From contig CAWAGQ010000002.1 in the NCBI GenBank assembly GCA_963781585.1, positions 64,001-128,000 on the forward strand: DNA of 64,000 nt, written 5' to 3'. The translations under genes were made by a program, and so were the position numbers. How positions within the stretch are numbered: the first letter of the stretch is position 1; every line of letters begins with the position of its first letter. This document shows, piece after piece, positions 49,677-59,859 of the stretch. Origin of the DNA: an uncultured Gemmatimonadaceae bacterium. Its GTDB lineage: Bacteria > Gemmatimonadota > Gemmatimonadetes > Gemmatimonadales > Gemmatimonadaceae. Below the pieces are notes generated by a model that saw nothing but the letters and a program-made list of their open reading frames with translations, did no database searches and was not told where the DNA came from.

Positions 49677-50300
49677 TCACGGACGGGGCACCACGGCCGG
49701 CAGCCACTTCTCACCGCCGAGCGCGAATCCCACCAGCCCGCCGACGACGGCGCCTATCGCGGCACCAGTCGGAAAGGCGCTGGCAATATCTCCAAAGTCC
49801 GGATTGCGTTGTGGGAGATTCCCGAGCCCCCACAACAGTCCGCCGATCAACGACCCGAAGATCACGCCCCGCACCGTGGACCGCTGCGACGAGCGGCCTC
49901 CACTGACCTCGATCTCGCGAATCGCGGACAGGCGAATGCTGACGTGACGATACTGGTCGACCAGGACGGGCCCCATGTCGAGACCAAGGCGGCTTCGCTG
50001 GCCTGCGGTGTCGAGTACCATTTCCGTCACGTCGAGCGAGTCCACGCGACCCACGTACCGATCGTCCCGGAGATCCGGTGCGAACACGCGGACGCGCGAT
50101 CCGACGAACACATCGTGCGGGGCCGATTGCTGTGCCCCGGCGACCACGACCGCGCCCCCCGATCCCAATACCGTGATCGCGACCCGCAGCAATCTCCTTG
50201 CCGTCTTCAATGCGGCCTCCCGTGGGTCCCGACCGATAGCGCCAAGCCTCGCCTCAATCCGCGTGTGCGCGTGAAAGGTGCGTGGGCCTCGTGGCGTCAA
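49677..50300 (-). CDS. Hypothetical exported/membrane protein with glycine-zipper helices
   Basis: GVIFGSLIGGLLWG and GAAIGAVVGGLVG; overlaps the stop of the upstream hydrolase. Confidence 0.65.
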   Translation of the reverse strand: MTPRGPRTFHAHTRIEARLGAIGRDPREAALKTARRLLRVAITVLGSGGAVVVAGAQQSAPHDVFVGSRVRVFAPDLRDDRYVGRVDSLDVTEMVLDTAGQRSRLGLDMGPVLVDQYRHVSIRLSAIREIEVSGGRSSQRSTVRGVIFGSLIGGLLWGLGNLPQRNPDFGDIASAFPTGAAIGAVVGGLVGFALGGEKWLPAVVPRP

Positions 50301-51118
50301 CGATCCAGAAGGTCGTTCACGACGCTCGCCACACGCTCCGGCGCCTCCTCGGGCGAAAAGTGTCGCACGTTGTCCACGATGTCGAGCGTGGCGTGCGGCA
50401 ATGCAGTGAGTAGCCGCCGGGCGACGGACGGCGGAGAGAACCTGTCGTCCGATCCCCAGATGATCGCCACGGGATGGGTAACGCGCTCGAGATCGGCGGC
50501 CATGGCCGTCATCTCGTCCTCGCGCAGCGCCACCAGATGCCGGAGAAAGTTGCGCCTGCCTCGCGGTGTCGAGAACGGCCGGAGAAACTGATCCAGAGAG
50601 CGTCTGCCTCGCTCCGCGTCACAATAGCGGTGGAGCATGTCCGCCTGGACCGCGCGCAGCAGCGCGTGCGTCGGGATCAGCCGCGTGAAGGGGAGAAAGG
50701 CTCGCATGAGGGCGAGCGTACCCGTCACGGTGAGATCAAAACCGATGGAATCGATCAGGCACAGCCGCGTCACCCTCCTGGCCCAGCGCATCGCCATGAC
50801 CTGCGCAATGCCGCCACCCATGTGATGCCCCACGAGAGTCGCCGACTGAATGCCGAGGACATCCATGAAGGTGACAAGGCGCTGCGCGTGGGCGGTAAGC
50901 GAGAGGCCGGCCACGCCCGGGGGATCGCTTCTGCCGAACCCGAGCAGATCGACCACCAGCACCCGATGCCCGGGAGACATGAGCGGGACGAGCTCACCCC
51001 ACAGATGGCCGGATGTCGGGAAGCCGTGAAGGAGAATCACCGGCTCCCCCGCACCGCGGGTCCCGGAGGCGTAGTAGTACAGCCGCATCCCGCCGACGTC
51101 TATGAACTCGCCACGCAT
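50297..51118 (-). CDS. Alpha/beta-fold hydrolase with an atypical nucleophile elbow
   Basis: LLHGFP, DLLGFGRSD, GHHMGG, IIWGSDD and HFSPEE motifs. Confidence 0.88.
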   Translation of the reverse strand: MRGEFIDVGGMRLYYYASGTRGAGEPVILLHGFPTSGHLWGELVPLMSPGHRVLVVDLLGFGRSDPPGVAGLSLTAHAQRLVTFMDVLGIQSATLVGHHMGGGIAQVMAMRWARRVTRLCLIDSIGFDLTVTGTLALMRAFLPFTRLIPTHALLRAVQADMLHRYCDAERGRRSLDQFLRPFSTPRGRRNFLRHLVALREDEMTAMAADLERVTHPVAIIWGSDDRFSPPSVARRLLTALPHATLDIVDNVRHFSPEEAPERVASVVNDLLDR

Positions 51119-51143
51119 GACACGGGAGGAATCGGCGCGGGCA

Positions 51144-51243
51144 GCGCCTCTGAACGCGGCGAAGGTGCAGCTGCCCGCGCCTCTGAACGCGGCGAAGGTG
51201 CAGCTGCCGCGCCTCTGAACGCGGCGAAGGTGCAGCTGCCGCG
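51144..51243. repeat. Three contiguous 32-33 bp tandem repeats
   Basis: GCGCCTCTGAACGCGGCGAAGGTGCAGCTGCC(C) x3 without spacers. Confidence 0.92.
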
Positions 51244-51416
51244 ACTATACGGTTCCGGCAGAGCCAAGATGCGCGCAGTTCGTTGTAGTAACAAGACTTG
51301 CGCCTCGGCTACTGGCGTTTTGATTGAAACATGCTATCCTTACGCGCCCTTCATTCAGGCGACCTCGTCATGGTGCATATAGCGTTGTGAAATAACGGTT
51401 TATACGCTCGAAGCCC

Positions 51417-52553
51417 GTGACCATACCGACTGCGCCAGAGACAACCGCGCTTCCGCCGCCGCCGCCGCCCCCGCCCGAACCAGTTCATTTTCCACTTTCC
51501 TGGATGCTGGAGCACGGGGCGGGGTCGCTGCAATTCCGCGCCCTGCAGGACGTCGCCAGGTTCGAAAACGCTCGGGATCGGTACTTCGCGATGGCGTTGT
51601 CGTTTCCGCCCGCGCTCATGCTCGCCATCGAGCAGGGTCCGGAGGGGGTCTGGAACAATGCGCTGCTGTCCGTCCCCTCCAGCAGAGCGGTTGGTTTCGA
51701 GGGAGTGGGCACCATCCCGGCGTACCGCCGCCTCCTTGAGTACGGTTGGGATCGAGAGGCTCCGACATTGGTGCACGCGCGTCGTGTTCTCTTCCGCCTC
51801 CTGGCCGAGGACGACGACCCGGCGTTCCTGTTCGAGCTGGGCGCGAAGGGAAGGATGGACGCCGACCTGGTCCACCGGGGCCGGGTCATGCTGCGCGAGG
51901 CGGCAGCCGCGGCACTTGCGCACGCCGGATACGAAGGAGATCCGCGCCTTCGCGGAGCGGCCCGGCGAATGCTCAATCGCTCGGATGAGTACCTGCGGTC
52001 GCCAGTCGCGCAGAAGCCGTGGGTGCGTGTGGGAAACAAGCAGGTGCTGTCGCCCGATGCGGCGCCGCCGTCGATCTATCTCCTTTCGATGATCGCCTAC
52101 ATGCCGCTGTTTCGCAGCGAGAACCACTCCACCATCGAGCATCTCTACGGTCATCTGTCACAGCCGCTGCCCCGACAGGAGTCGCAGCAGCTGGTTGGCA
52201 AGCACATCGTGTCACAGCCACATCTGGTCCTGGGTGACATGCTGCCGAATCGGAACGCGGCGGACGCGGATGTTCCGTTTGCTCTCACGTGGCTGGAACT
52301 GATGGCGCGGCTCCAGTATCTCCGCCGCAACGAGGGATGGTTGAGCTTGTATGAGCGATTCCTCGATGATCGCGACCGCGACTTCGTCTGGCATCCGCAC
52401 CGCGGAACGGCGATGCCACGCAGCACGCACCCGGCGGTGTGGCCGTATTTTCCGCTCGAACCGCAGGCGAGCGGTGACGATCGGTGGACCGACGTGACGT
52501 TTCGACTCGGTCTGATTGCGCGACTGCTCGGACGGCCGATCGAGCTCGTCTGA
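51417..52553 (+). CDS. Hypothetical protein, possibly alpha/alpha-toroid (prenyltransferase-like) fold
   Basis: Long ORF with good codon pattern; QGPEGVW and DRDFVW resemble QW-type repeats (weak). Confidence 0.65.
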   Translation: MTIPTAPETTALPPPPPPPPEPVHFPLSWMLEHGAGSLQFRALQDVARFENARDRYFAMALSFPPALMLAIEQGPEGVWNNALLSVPSSRAVGFEGVGTIPAYRRLLEYGWDREAPTLVHARRVLFRLLAEDDDPAFLFELGAKGRMDADLVHRGRVMLREAAAAALAHAGYEGDPRLRGAARRMLNRSDEYLRSPVAQKPWVRVGNKQVLSPDAAPPSIYLLSMIAYMPLFRSENHSTIEHLYGHLSQPLPRQESQQLVGKHIVSQPHLVLGDMLPNRNAADADVPFALTWLELMARLQYLRRNEGWLSLYERFLDDRDRDFVWHPHRGTAMPRSTHPAVWPYFPLEPQASGDDRWTDVTFRLGLIARLLGRPIELV

Positions 52554-52817
52554 CCCGTGTGGCCCGCCGCGGTCGCAACCGGTCGACGTGACGGCTGATT
52601 CGCCTGCCGACTGATGCAGGCCCCGTTGATCGGCGCCTGACCCATCATTCCGACAATTCCCGACAAGCCTTCCCGCACCGGCTGATGGCAGGTGCGGCGT
52701 GCAGGGTGTAAGAATGAACCAGGAGGAACCTGCGCGACTCGTCGCGCGCAGCACGCTGCTCTCCGTGGCGAACCGAGTCGTGGCGCGGCCGTCGAAGGCG
52801 GTCGGGAGGTCGAGACA

Positions 52818-53957
52818 ATGATGACGTACGAGGAACTCGTTCAGCTTCACCGGCGCACCGATGGGAGTCGTGTGCTCAGCGTCTATCTTCCCGGTCCGGC
52901 ACATGATCCCGCCTTGCGTGACGAGTCGATCACGCTGCTGGAACGCGGAGCGTCGCGCATCAGACAGGCGTTGTCCGAGGCCCCGCACCACGAGCGGGAA
53001 GCGTTTCTGGCAGCGACCGAACACGCGGTTCGCGCGCTGCAACGGGAGACGCGTCCCGGCGGCCGCGAAGGTATCGTGATCTTCTCCCAGGCTGAGGCGG
53101 TGCGGCACGTCGGATGGTTGTTCGCGAGTGCGCCCGTGGTGGTGGAGTGGCGCGACGGAATTGTCGTCGCGCCGTATCTGCGCTCTCTCGCGGACACGCG
53201 GCCGTCGATCGTGGTCCTCGTGGACTCACGTGCGGCACGCGTGCTCCGCCTGGAGGAGGCCGCTCTGGAGCCACTCGACTCCTTCGCGGTGGAGGTCCAC
53301 AGCGCCGAGCCGGTGCATATGGGGGAAGCGCCCCGGCCCGGGTTTCATCACGGCGTGCACGGAGCCACGGGCACTGACGAGACCATGCGGCGGGAAGCGG
53401 CGGCATTCAACCGCATGCTCTCGGAGCTGGTCCATCGCGTGGCGAGTCTGATGAGCCTGGACGTCTGGCTCGTGGTGGGCGGTATGCCAGAGAGCGTTCG
53501 GCACCTGGTGGCCGCGCTCCCCAGGGGGATGAACAGCAGGGTGCAGGTCGTCGGTGGGCTGACGACCACATCGAGTGACGCGGGCGTTGTCCGTGCCGCG
53601 ACGGTGGCGATCGAGGAACTGGCGCGACGCCGCGACAGCGTGCTTGTCGAGCTTGTTCTCGATCGGGCAAAGGCCGGCGGACGTTCGGCCAGCGGCTGGC
53701 GTCAGACCCGGATCGCTCTCGAAGAGCGGGCGGCGAGCGAGGTCCTGCTGTCTCGCCGCCTGCTGGAGGGTTCCCTGGAACGAGCCGAGACCCTGGCGCG
53801 GATGGCGATGGATGGGGGTGCGCGCGTGGACGTCGTTACCGGCGAGGGTGCACTGCACCTCGATCGCGACTCCGGCGGCGTCGCTGCCGAGCTACGCTTT
53901 CCCTTGCCCTTCGATGCCCTGTTCGCCGGAGCGCTGAACGCTGTGGTGAAAGGCTGA
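52818..53957 (+). CDS. Bacterial archaeo-eukaryotic release factor (baeRF) family protein
   Basis: VLSVYL N-terminus; VVLVDSRAARV middle domain; eRF1 domain-3-like GARVDVV..GGVAAELRF. Confidence 0.75.
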   Translation: MMTYEELVQLHRRTDGSRVLSVYLPGPAHDPALRDESITLLERGASRIRQALSEAPHHEREAFLAATEHAVRALQRETRPGGREGIVIFSQAEAVRHVGWLFASAPVVVEWRDGIVVAPYLRSLADTRPSIVVLVDSRAARVLRLEEAALEPLDSFAVEVHSAEPVHMGEAPRPGFHHGVHGATGTDETMRREAAAFNRMLSELVHRVASLMSLDVWLVVGGMPESVRHLVAALPRGMNSRVQVVGGLTTTSSDAGVVRAATVAIEELARRRDSVLVELVLDRAKAGGRSASGWRQTRIALEERAASEVLLSRRLLEGSLERAETLARMAMDGGARVDVVTGEGALHLDRDSGGVAAELRFPLPFDALFAGALNAVVKG

Positions 53958-54087
53958 ACACGCGTAGGTCTTTCCCGGTCGCCGAATCCGCAATCGCACG
54001 GACAGCGCAGCGGGGCGCGTCGATGCACTATGTACGAGCACGGAAGAAGGCACTCATACAATGCAGGGAACAGCAGGGAGGGGACAC

Positions 54088-54567
54088 ATGACAAGGCTTA
54101 CGTTGACGCGGCCGACGCCGCTCTTTCCGAGCGTCGCTCGCGAAATGGATGAGATGCAGAATCGGCTCCGCAGGTTCTTCGGCGAAAACTTTCCAACCGA
54201 GAACCTGGGCTCCGCCGAGCCTCTGGTGTGGCTGCCGGTCGTCGAGATCGCTGAGGTGGACAACGAGCTCGTTCTGACGGCTGAGCTGCCGGGCATGACA
54301 AAGGAGAACGTGGATCTCACGTTCGAGGACGACGTGCTGACGATTCGTGGGGAGAAGAAGGAGGAGAAGGAGGAGAAGAACGGCGAGAAGCGGTATCATC
54401 TGTTCGAGCGCACCTACGGGGCGTTCCAGCGCTCGTTCACCCTTCCCCGGACGATCGACTCCACCAAGATCGCCGCGGCGTTCAAGGACGGCGTGCTGAC
54501 GGTGCGCCTGCCCAAGACGGAACAGGCCAAGATCAAGGGACGGAAGATCGACATCCTCACGAAGTAG
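54088..54567 (+). CDS. Hsp20/alpha-crystallin small heat-shock protein
   Basis: AELPGM, LTIRGEK, ERTYGAFQRSFTLP, FKDGVLTVRLPK, and IDI tail. Confidence 0.95.
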   Translation: MTRLTLTRPTPLFPSVAREMDEMQNRLRRFFGENFPTENLGSAEPLVWLPVVEIAEVDNELVLTAELPGMTKENVDLTFEDDVLTIRGEKKEEKEEKNGEKRYHLFERTYGAFQRSFTLPRTIDSTKIAAAFKDGVLTVRLPKTEQAKIKGRKIDILTK

Positions 54568-54671
54568 GGTGCGCACCTCTCCGAGGAGAGACGGATGAGG
54601 ATCTGAGATCTGCATCCATGCGCACGCAGCGGCGGGCTCGTCCAACGATGCCCGCCGCTTAGTTTTGCCGG

Positions 54672-55568
54672 ATGCGGATCCGCCGCGAGGCTCCGACGAC
54701 CCCCCTTCCACCTGACGAGTGGTACCCGGCGGGGATCCAGGGTCTGACGGCACGGGTGATCGACCTGCCTACCCGGGAGCGGGTGCGCGTGGTGGAAGCG
54801 GGCCCGGGCAACGGCGCGGCGATCCTGCTGCTCCACGGGTGGGGGGCGTCGGCCTATAACTTCCGGCACGTGCTTCCTCTGCTTGCTGCAGCGCGACTGC
54901 GGGGAATAGCCCCCGACCTTCGCGGCCATGGACTCACCGCCAAGCCGGCCGAACCGGCGCTGTACTCGTCCGCGGCAATGGTCCGGTTCGTGCTCGATGT
55001 GATGGACGCGCTGGACCTCAGACGGGTTGTGGTCGTCGGGCAGTCGATGGCGGGAGCGCTGGCGCTCGACGCGATGCTGGCGGCCCGGAGCCGGTTTACA
55101 GGCGCAGTCCTGCTCGCCCCCATAGGGCTGACCAGCATCCGTCGGGTGTCTGTCGCGCGTCTCGTGCGCGCCGACCGCTGGCTTCGCGGGCCCGTGTCGC
55201 GGATGGCCATCGAGCTTCTCCTGCGACGCGTATACGGCACCATTCGTCGATTTACCGACCGCGACGTTGACGAATACTGGGCGCCGTCGCAGCAGCCTGG
55301 CTACCTCGCCGCACTGATGGCCCTGGTGATGCGCTTCGACTGGTCGCCGCGTGTCCCCGAATCTCTGCATTCCATCGGGGAGAGCGTACAGATCCTGCTT
55401 GGTCAGCGAGACAAGCTGATCCCCGCGTCACGCGCGGCCGAGGTTGCGAGAAGCGCCGCGGTTGCGTCGGTCGAGATCGTCCCCGGCGCCGGGCACCTCG
55501 TGGCCGAGGAGGCGCCCGAACGTGTCCTGCGGGCTGTTGGACGAGCTCTGCGCCGGGGGCTGGCTTAG
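54672..55568 (+). CDS. Alpha/beta-fold hydrolase
   Basis: LLHGWG, DLRGHG, GQSMAG nucleophile, GAGHLVAEE. Confidence 0.88.
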   Translation: MRIRREAPTTPLPPDEWYPAGIQGLTARVIDLPTRERVRVVEAGPGNGAAILLLHGWGASAYNFRHVLPLLAAARLRGIAPDLRGHGLTAKPAEPALYSSAAMVRFVLDVMDALDLRRVVVVGQSMAGALALDAMLAARSRFTGAVLLAPIGLTSIRRVSVARLVRADRWLRGPVSRMAIELLLRRVYGTIRRFTDRDVDEYWAPSQQPGYLAALMALVMRFDWSPRVPESLHSIGESVQILLGQRDKLIPASRAAEVARSAAVASVEIVPGAGHLVAEEAPERVLRAVGRALRRGLA

Positions 55569-57004
55569 CGCGCCACGGTTGTCGCCTTCAGCACCAGGAT
55601 CGGTCCCAGATGCAGGGCCTCGATGCCGCTGCGTATCTTCGACAAGTCACCCACCACGACAACCGTCGCGGCGTCGGGCCTCAGATACTCGCGCGCCACC
55701 CGCTGGACGTCGGCCGGTGTCACGGTGCGCACGCGGGCCGCGAATTGCGGTAATTCTTCGAGCGTCAGTCCGAAGTCGCCCAGCGACGCGATCTGCGCCG
55801 CCACTTGCGATGTGGACTCGAGTCCAGTCGGCAGGCGCAGCTGAACGTAGGCTTTGGCGCGCGCCAGCTCGTCCTCCGGAACCGGCTCGTCGCGCAGCGC
55901 ACGCAGCTCCTTGAAGAACTCCACGAGGGAACTGTCGGTCACATTGGTCCGTACAGCCGCCGACGCAGTAAAGGGCCCGGGCACGACCCGGTACGCAAAT
56001 CGTGAATTGGCGCCGTAGGTGTAGCCCCTCTTCTCGCGCAGGTTCATGTTCAGGCGCGAGGTGAACGCGCCGCCGAGCAGCGAGTTCATCACCGTGAGGG
56101 ATGCGTAGTCGGGCGAACGGCGATCGGCACCGGTCCACCCGATGATGATCACGCTCTGCGCGGCGTCGGGCTTGTCAACCATAACGACCTGGGTCGACGT
56201 GGCGGGCGCGACAGCTTGCACTGGTGCCGGTGACGCAGCTGCGCCGTGTGCGCGCCAGTCCGCAAACCGCGCCGAGATGAGGGACCACGCCTGCGACTCC
56301 GTGATATCGCCGACGACGATCATCCGTGCGCGATCAGGGCGCATGACGTCGGCATAGAATCCGCGCACCCGGGTCGAATCGAACGCTGCCACGGAAGCGC
56401 TGTCGCCCTGCGTGCTGTTGTGATACGGATGGTCCGCGGGATACAGCGTCTGATTGAACGCGAGATCGGCCAGTGCATTGGGCGAGTCGCGTTGCTGCAG
56501 TAGACTGGTCAGGCGCAGGCTGCGCTGTCGCTCCACCTCGGCGGCTCGAAAGGTTGGTCGCAACACGACATCGGCCATGAGATCCAGTGCCGCTGCCAGC
56601 GAGCGCGTCGGCACCTTGAGACTCACGGTGAAATCGTCCCAATCCGCTCCAGCAAAGAAGTTGGCGCCAAGGAAGGCGAATTCGCTCTGGAGAGTCGTGG
56701 CGTCTCGGCTTCCCGCACCTTGCCGCATCATGTTGGCGGTGAACGAGGCCAGGCCCGGGACATCGCCATCGGATCGTGATCCGCCCGTCACCACGAGAAG
56801 AACCTGCACCAGCGGCAGCTCGTGCTGTTCCACGACTTCGACCTGCAGCCCGCTCGGCATGGTGCGTGTTCGCACCGTCGGCACCGCGAGCCGTGGAGGC
56901 GGTGGCACGGCCGGCGGAGTCGGGTACGCGGACGTCTGAGCGCCCAGCAGGGCGGGCCCGAGCACCGCTGGGAGGATGAGGTGACGACAGAATCGCATGG
57001 TCAC
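55565..57004 (-). CDS. M16B peptidase, non-catalytic subunit
   Basis: Lacks HxxEH; has SRLNMNLREKRGYTYG (R-Y pair); signal peptide. Confidence 0.88.
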   Translation of the reverse strand: MTMRFCRHLILPAVLGPALLGAQTSAYPTPPAVPPPPRLAVPTVRTRTMPSGLQVEVVEQHELPLVQVLLVVTGGSRSDGDVPGLASFTANMMRQGAGSRDATTLQSEFAFLGANFFAGADWDDFTVSLKVPTRSLAAALDLMADVVLRPTFRAAEVERQRSLRLTSLLQQRDSPNALADLAFNQTLYPADHPYHNSTQGDSASVAAFDSTRVRGFYADVMRPDRARMIVVGDITESQAWSLISARFADWRAHGAAASPAPVQAVAPATSTQVVMVDKPDAAQSVIIIGWTGADRRSPDYASLTVMNSLLGGAFTSRLNMNLREKRGYTYGANSRFAYRVVPGPFTASAAVRTNVTDSSLVEFFKELRALRDEPVPEDELARAKAYVQLRLPTGLESTSQVAAQIASLGDFGLTLEELPQFAARVRTVTPADVQRVAREYLRPDAATVVVVGDLSKIRSGIEALHLGPILVLKATTVAR

Positions 57005-58365
57005 TGGATTGGCCCCCGGGTTGCCGCAAGCTCCCGCTTGCCGAGCGGTACGATGCTGAGCGTGACACGCGGCGCGAGGAGATACGTCTTCACCACACGT
57101 TTGACGTCTTCGGCCGACACAGCGCGCAACCGGTCGAGCTCTGCCTGAAAGCCGTCGGGCTTGCCGGTGAAATAGTAGTAGGCGTTCAGTTGCTCCGCCT
57201 TTCCGTTCACGGACTCCAGACGACCAAGAAACGATGCTTCCTTCGCGTTCTTCGCTTGCTCGAGCTCGCGCGGCGTCGGTCCCTCGTCGGCGAGCCGGCG
57301 CAGCTCGCGATCGATCGCCGCGCGCAGGGAATCGAGGACCTGGCCGGGTCGCGCCGTGGCGATCACATAAAAATCGCCATCGAGCCGTTTGGAATCATTT
57401 CCTGCGACAACGTCGCGCGCGATTTCCCTCTCATAGACGAGATTATTGGTGAGGCGCGCATTGCGGGCGCCCGTGAGCAGATATTCCACGATGTCGAGGG
57501 CAGGGTCGTGCTCGCTGTATGCCTTGATGGTGTGCCACGCCAGGTAGATGCGCGGAAGCTGCACGCGGTCTTCGGCCACAATGTTCGTGTCGCGCAGGGC
57601 GAACGGGGCGGGGGCGGGACGCGTGATTGCCGGGCCTCGCGGAATGCCGGAGAAGTATGCCTTCACCAGGCGGCGCACCGAATCGGCCTTCACATCGCCG
57701 GAGACGACGATCGACGCGTCGTTCGGTGCATAGTATCGACGGAAAAACTCCTTCACGTCGTCCAGCGACGCCGCCGACAGGTCGGTCATCGAGCCGATCA
57801 CCGACCAGGAGTACGGATGGTCCTTCGGGTAAATCGCGCTGGGAAGTATGTCGGTGTCGATTCCGTACGGCGGGTTGTCCACGCGTTGCCGCCGCTCGTT
57901 CTTCACCACGTCGCGCTGAAGGTCGACCTTCGGTGCGTCCATGGTCGGGAGCAGCCAACCCATCCGGTCCGCCTCGAGCCACAGCATCATCGCGAGCGCG
58001 CTCGACGGCCCCCACTCGTAGTACGACGTCCGATCCTCACTCGTGGTGCCGTTATTGCTGGCGCCAGCCGCCTCGAGCAGCCGATCGAACTGGGGATACG
58101 GTGCGTGCTCGGAACCCATGAACATCAGGTGCTCGAACAGGTGGGCGAACCCGGTCCGTCCGGGTTTCTCATCGCCCGAGCCGACGTGAAACCACACGTT
58201 GGTCGCAACCATCGGGACCGAGTGGTCCTCGTTCACGATCAGCGTGAGTCCGTTCGGGAGCGTGTCGACGGTCACCGGCACGCGAATTCGGGTTCCTTGC
58301 GCCACGGCAGGCGACGCAAGGAGGGCGAACAGCATCCCGCTCGAGACTGTCGTGCGAACGTTCAT
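57001..58365 (-). CDS. M16B peptidase, catalytic subunit
   Basis: GFAHLFEHLMF (HxxEH), NGTT and VVKNERRQR motifs; signal peptide. Confidence 0.92.
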   Translation of the reverse strand: MNVRTTVSSGMLFALLASPAVAQGTRIRVPVTVDTLPNGLTLIVNEDHSVPMVATNVWFHVGSGDEKPGRTGFAHLFEHLMFMGSEHAPYPQFDRLLEAAGASNNGTTSEDRTSYYEWGPSSALAMMLWLEADRMGWLLPTMDAPKVDLQRDVVKNERRQRVDNPPYGIDTDILPSAIYPKDHPYSWSVIGSMTDLSAASLDDVKEFFRRYYAPNDASIVVSGDVKADSVRRLVKAYFSGIPRGPAITRPAPAPFALRDTNIVAEDRVQLPRIYLAWHTIKAYSEHDPALDIVEYLLTGARNARLTNNLVYEREIARDVVAGNDSKRLDGDFYVIATARPGQVLDSLRAAIDRELRRLADEGPTPRELEQAKNAKEASFLGRLESVNGKAEQLNAYYYFTGKPDGFQAELDRLRAVSAEDVKRVVKTYLLAPRVTLSIVPLGKRELAATRGPIQ

Positions 58366-58552
58366 CGCGTTTCCTCACATGGGCGATCGAGTGCGAGCGG
58401 CAGGCGCTCCTGGACGATGGTACGCTCGGTCGCAAAGCGCCGGAACCGCGTCCGCCGCGGAGGGGGCGAACCGATTACGTTTCGTCAATGTATTCGCTCG
58501 TGACATCCTCACGCGCCCCCGCACCGGCAGCCGCGACGCCTTCCCGAACCGC

Positions 58553-59761
58553 ATGACGGTACTCGAGACGCCCTCATCTGATTCCCTTTCGACGGCCGTC
58601 GATGAGGCCGTCACCGAAGCGCCGACTTCCGCATTCGATGACCTTGGCCTGGGCCCGGAGCTGCTGCGGGCAGTGCGCGACGCGGGTTACACGGAGCCGA
58701 CCCCGATCCAGCGCGACGCCATCCCGCTCGTGATGGCGGGACGCGACGTCATCGGTCTCGCACAAACGGGAACCGGGAAGACCGCTGCCTTCACACTCCC
58801 GATAGCCCAACGGCTCTCACGAGGGCCCAGCCGTATACGAACTCTGGTCCTCACGCCAACGCGGGAGCTCTGTCAACAGGTGGAACGGAGCTTCAAGGCC
58901 TACGCCAGCCACACCAACCTGCGCATCTCTTCCATATATGGCGGCGTTCCCATGGGTCCGCAGGAACGCGCACTGCAGGCGGGCCTGGATGTCGTGGTTG
59001 CCACGCCGGGACGCCTCATCGACCACGTTGAGCGGCGAAACGTGTCACTGGAGTATCTCGAGATCCTGGTGCTGGACGAAGCCGATCGGATGCTCGACAT
59101 GGGCTTCGCTCCGCAGATCAACCGGATTGTGGCGGTCATTCCTCCGTATCGTCAGACCCTGCTGTTCAGTGCAACCATGCCTCCCGAGGTGGAGGTGCTC
59201 GCCAGGAAGTACATGCGTCGACCGGTGGTGGTGCAGGTGGGACGCCGATCCATGGCAGCCACCACGGTAAGCCATGCCGTGTATCCCGTGCGGCGCGATC
59301 GGAAGAGCGACCTCCTGGTTGAGTTGCTCAACAAACCGGAGATGGACGCCGTCCTGGTTTTCACCCGAACGAAGATCGGCGCTGACCGCGTTGTCAGGCA
59401 GCTTCACCGCGCAGGGATCGAGGCAACCGCGCTGCACGCAGACAAGCGGCAGGCCGAACGCGACCGCGCGCTCGACGATTTCAAGCACGGACGGATCCGC
59501 GTACTGGTTGCGACCGACATCGCTCAGCGCGGCCTCGACATCAGCGGCATCTCGCACGTGATCAACTACGACGTGCCACAACAGGTCGAGGACTACGTCC
59601 ATCGGATTGGCCGCACCGGGCGAGCCGCGCAGACCGGTGATGCCTATACCTTCATGTCACCGGACGAGATCGCCATGGTGCGGCTCATCGAGCGGGTGAT
59701 CGGGCAGGAGATCGAACGGGTTTCGGTTCCCGGGTTCGACTTCGGAACCATCGCCGAATAG
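58553..59761 (+). CDS. rhlE: DEAD-box RNA helicase (RhlE-like)
   Basis: Q motif, AQTGTGKT, PTREL, TPGR, DEAD, SAT, RGLD and HRIGRTGR. Confidence 0.92.
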   Translation: MTVLETPSSDSLSTAVDEAVTEAPTSAFDDLGLGPELLRAVRDAGYTEPTPIQRDAIPLVMAGRDVIGLAQTGTGKTAAFTLPIAQRLSRGPSRIRTLVLTPTRELCQQVERSFKAYASHTNLRISSIYGGVPMGPQERALQAGLDVVVATPGRLIDHVERRNVSLEYLEILVLDEADRMLDMGFAPQINRIVAVIPPYRQTLLFSATMPPEVEVLARKYMRRPVVVQVGRRSMAATTVSHAVYPVRRDRKSDLLVELLNKPEMDAVLVFTRTKIGADRVVRQLHRAGIEATALHADKRQAERDRALDDFKHGRIRVLVATDIAQRGLDISGISHVINYDVPQQVEDYVHRIGRTGRAAQTGDAYTFMSPDEIAMVRLIERVIGQEIERVSVPGFDFGTIAE

Positions 59762-59859
59762 GCGAACGCAACGATCCGGCGCTCGTAGTCTGGTGGTCCG
59801 ACGGCACGGCAGTCTCGTGGAGGGGCCGTCGACCCGACAATTGACCTCGCCGGGAAATG

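Noticed and set aside
51144..51243. CRISPR array
   Set aside because: The repeats are CRISPR-sized but contiguous, with no spacers, and there are no cas genes in the window.
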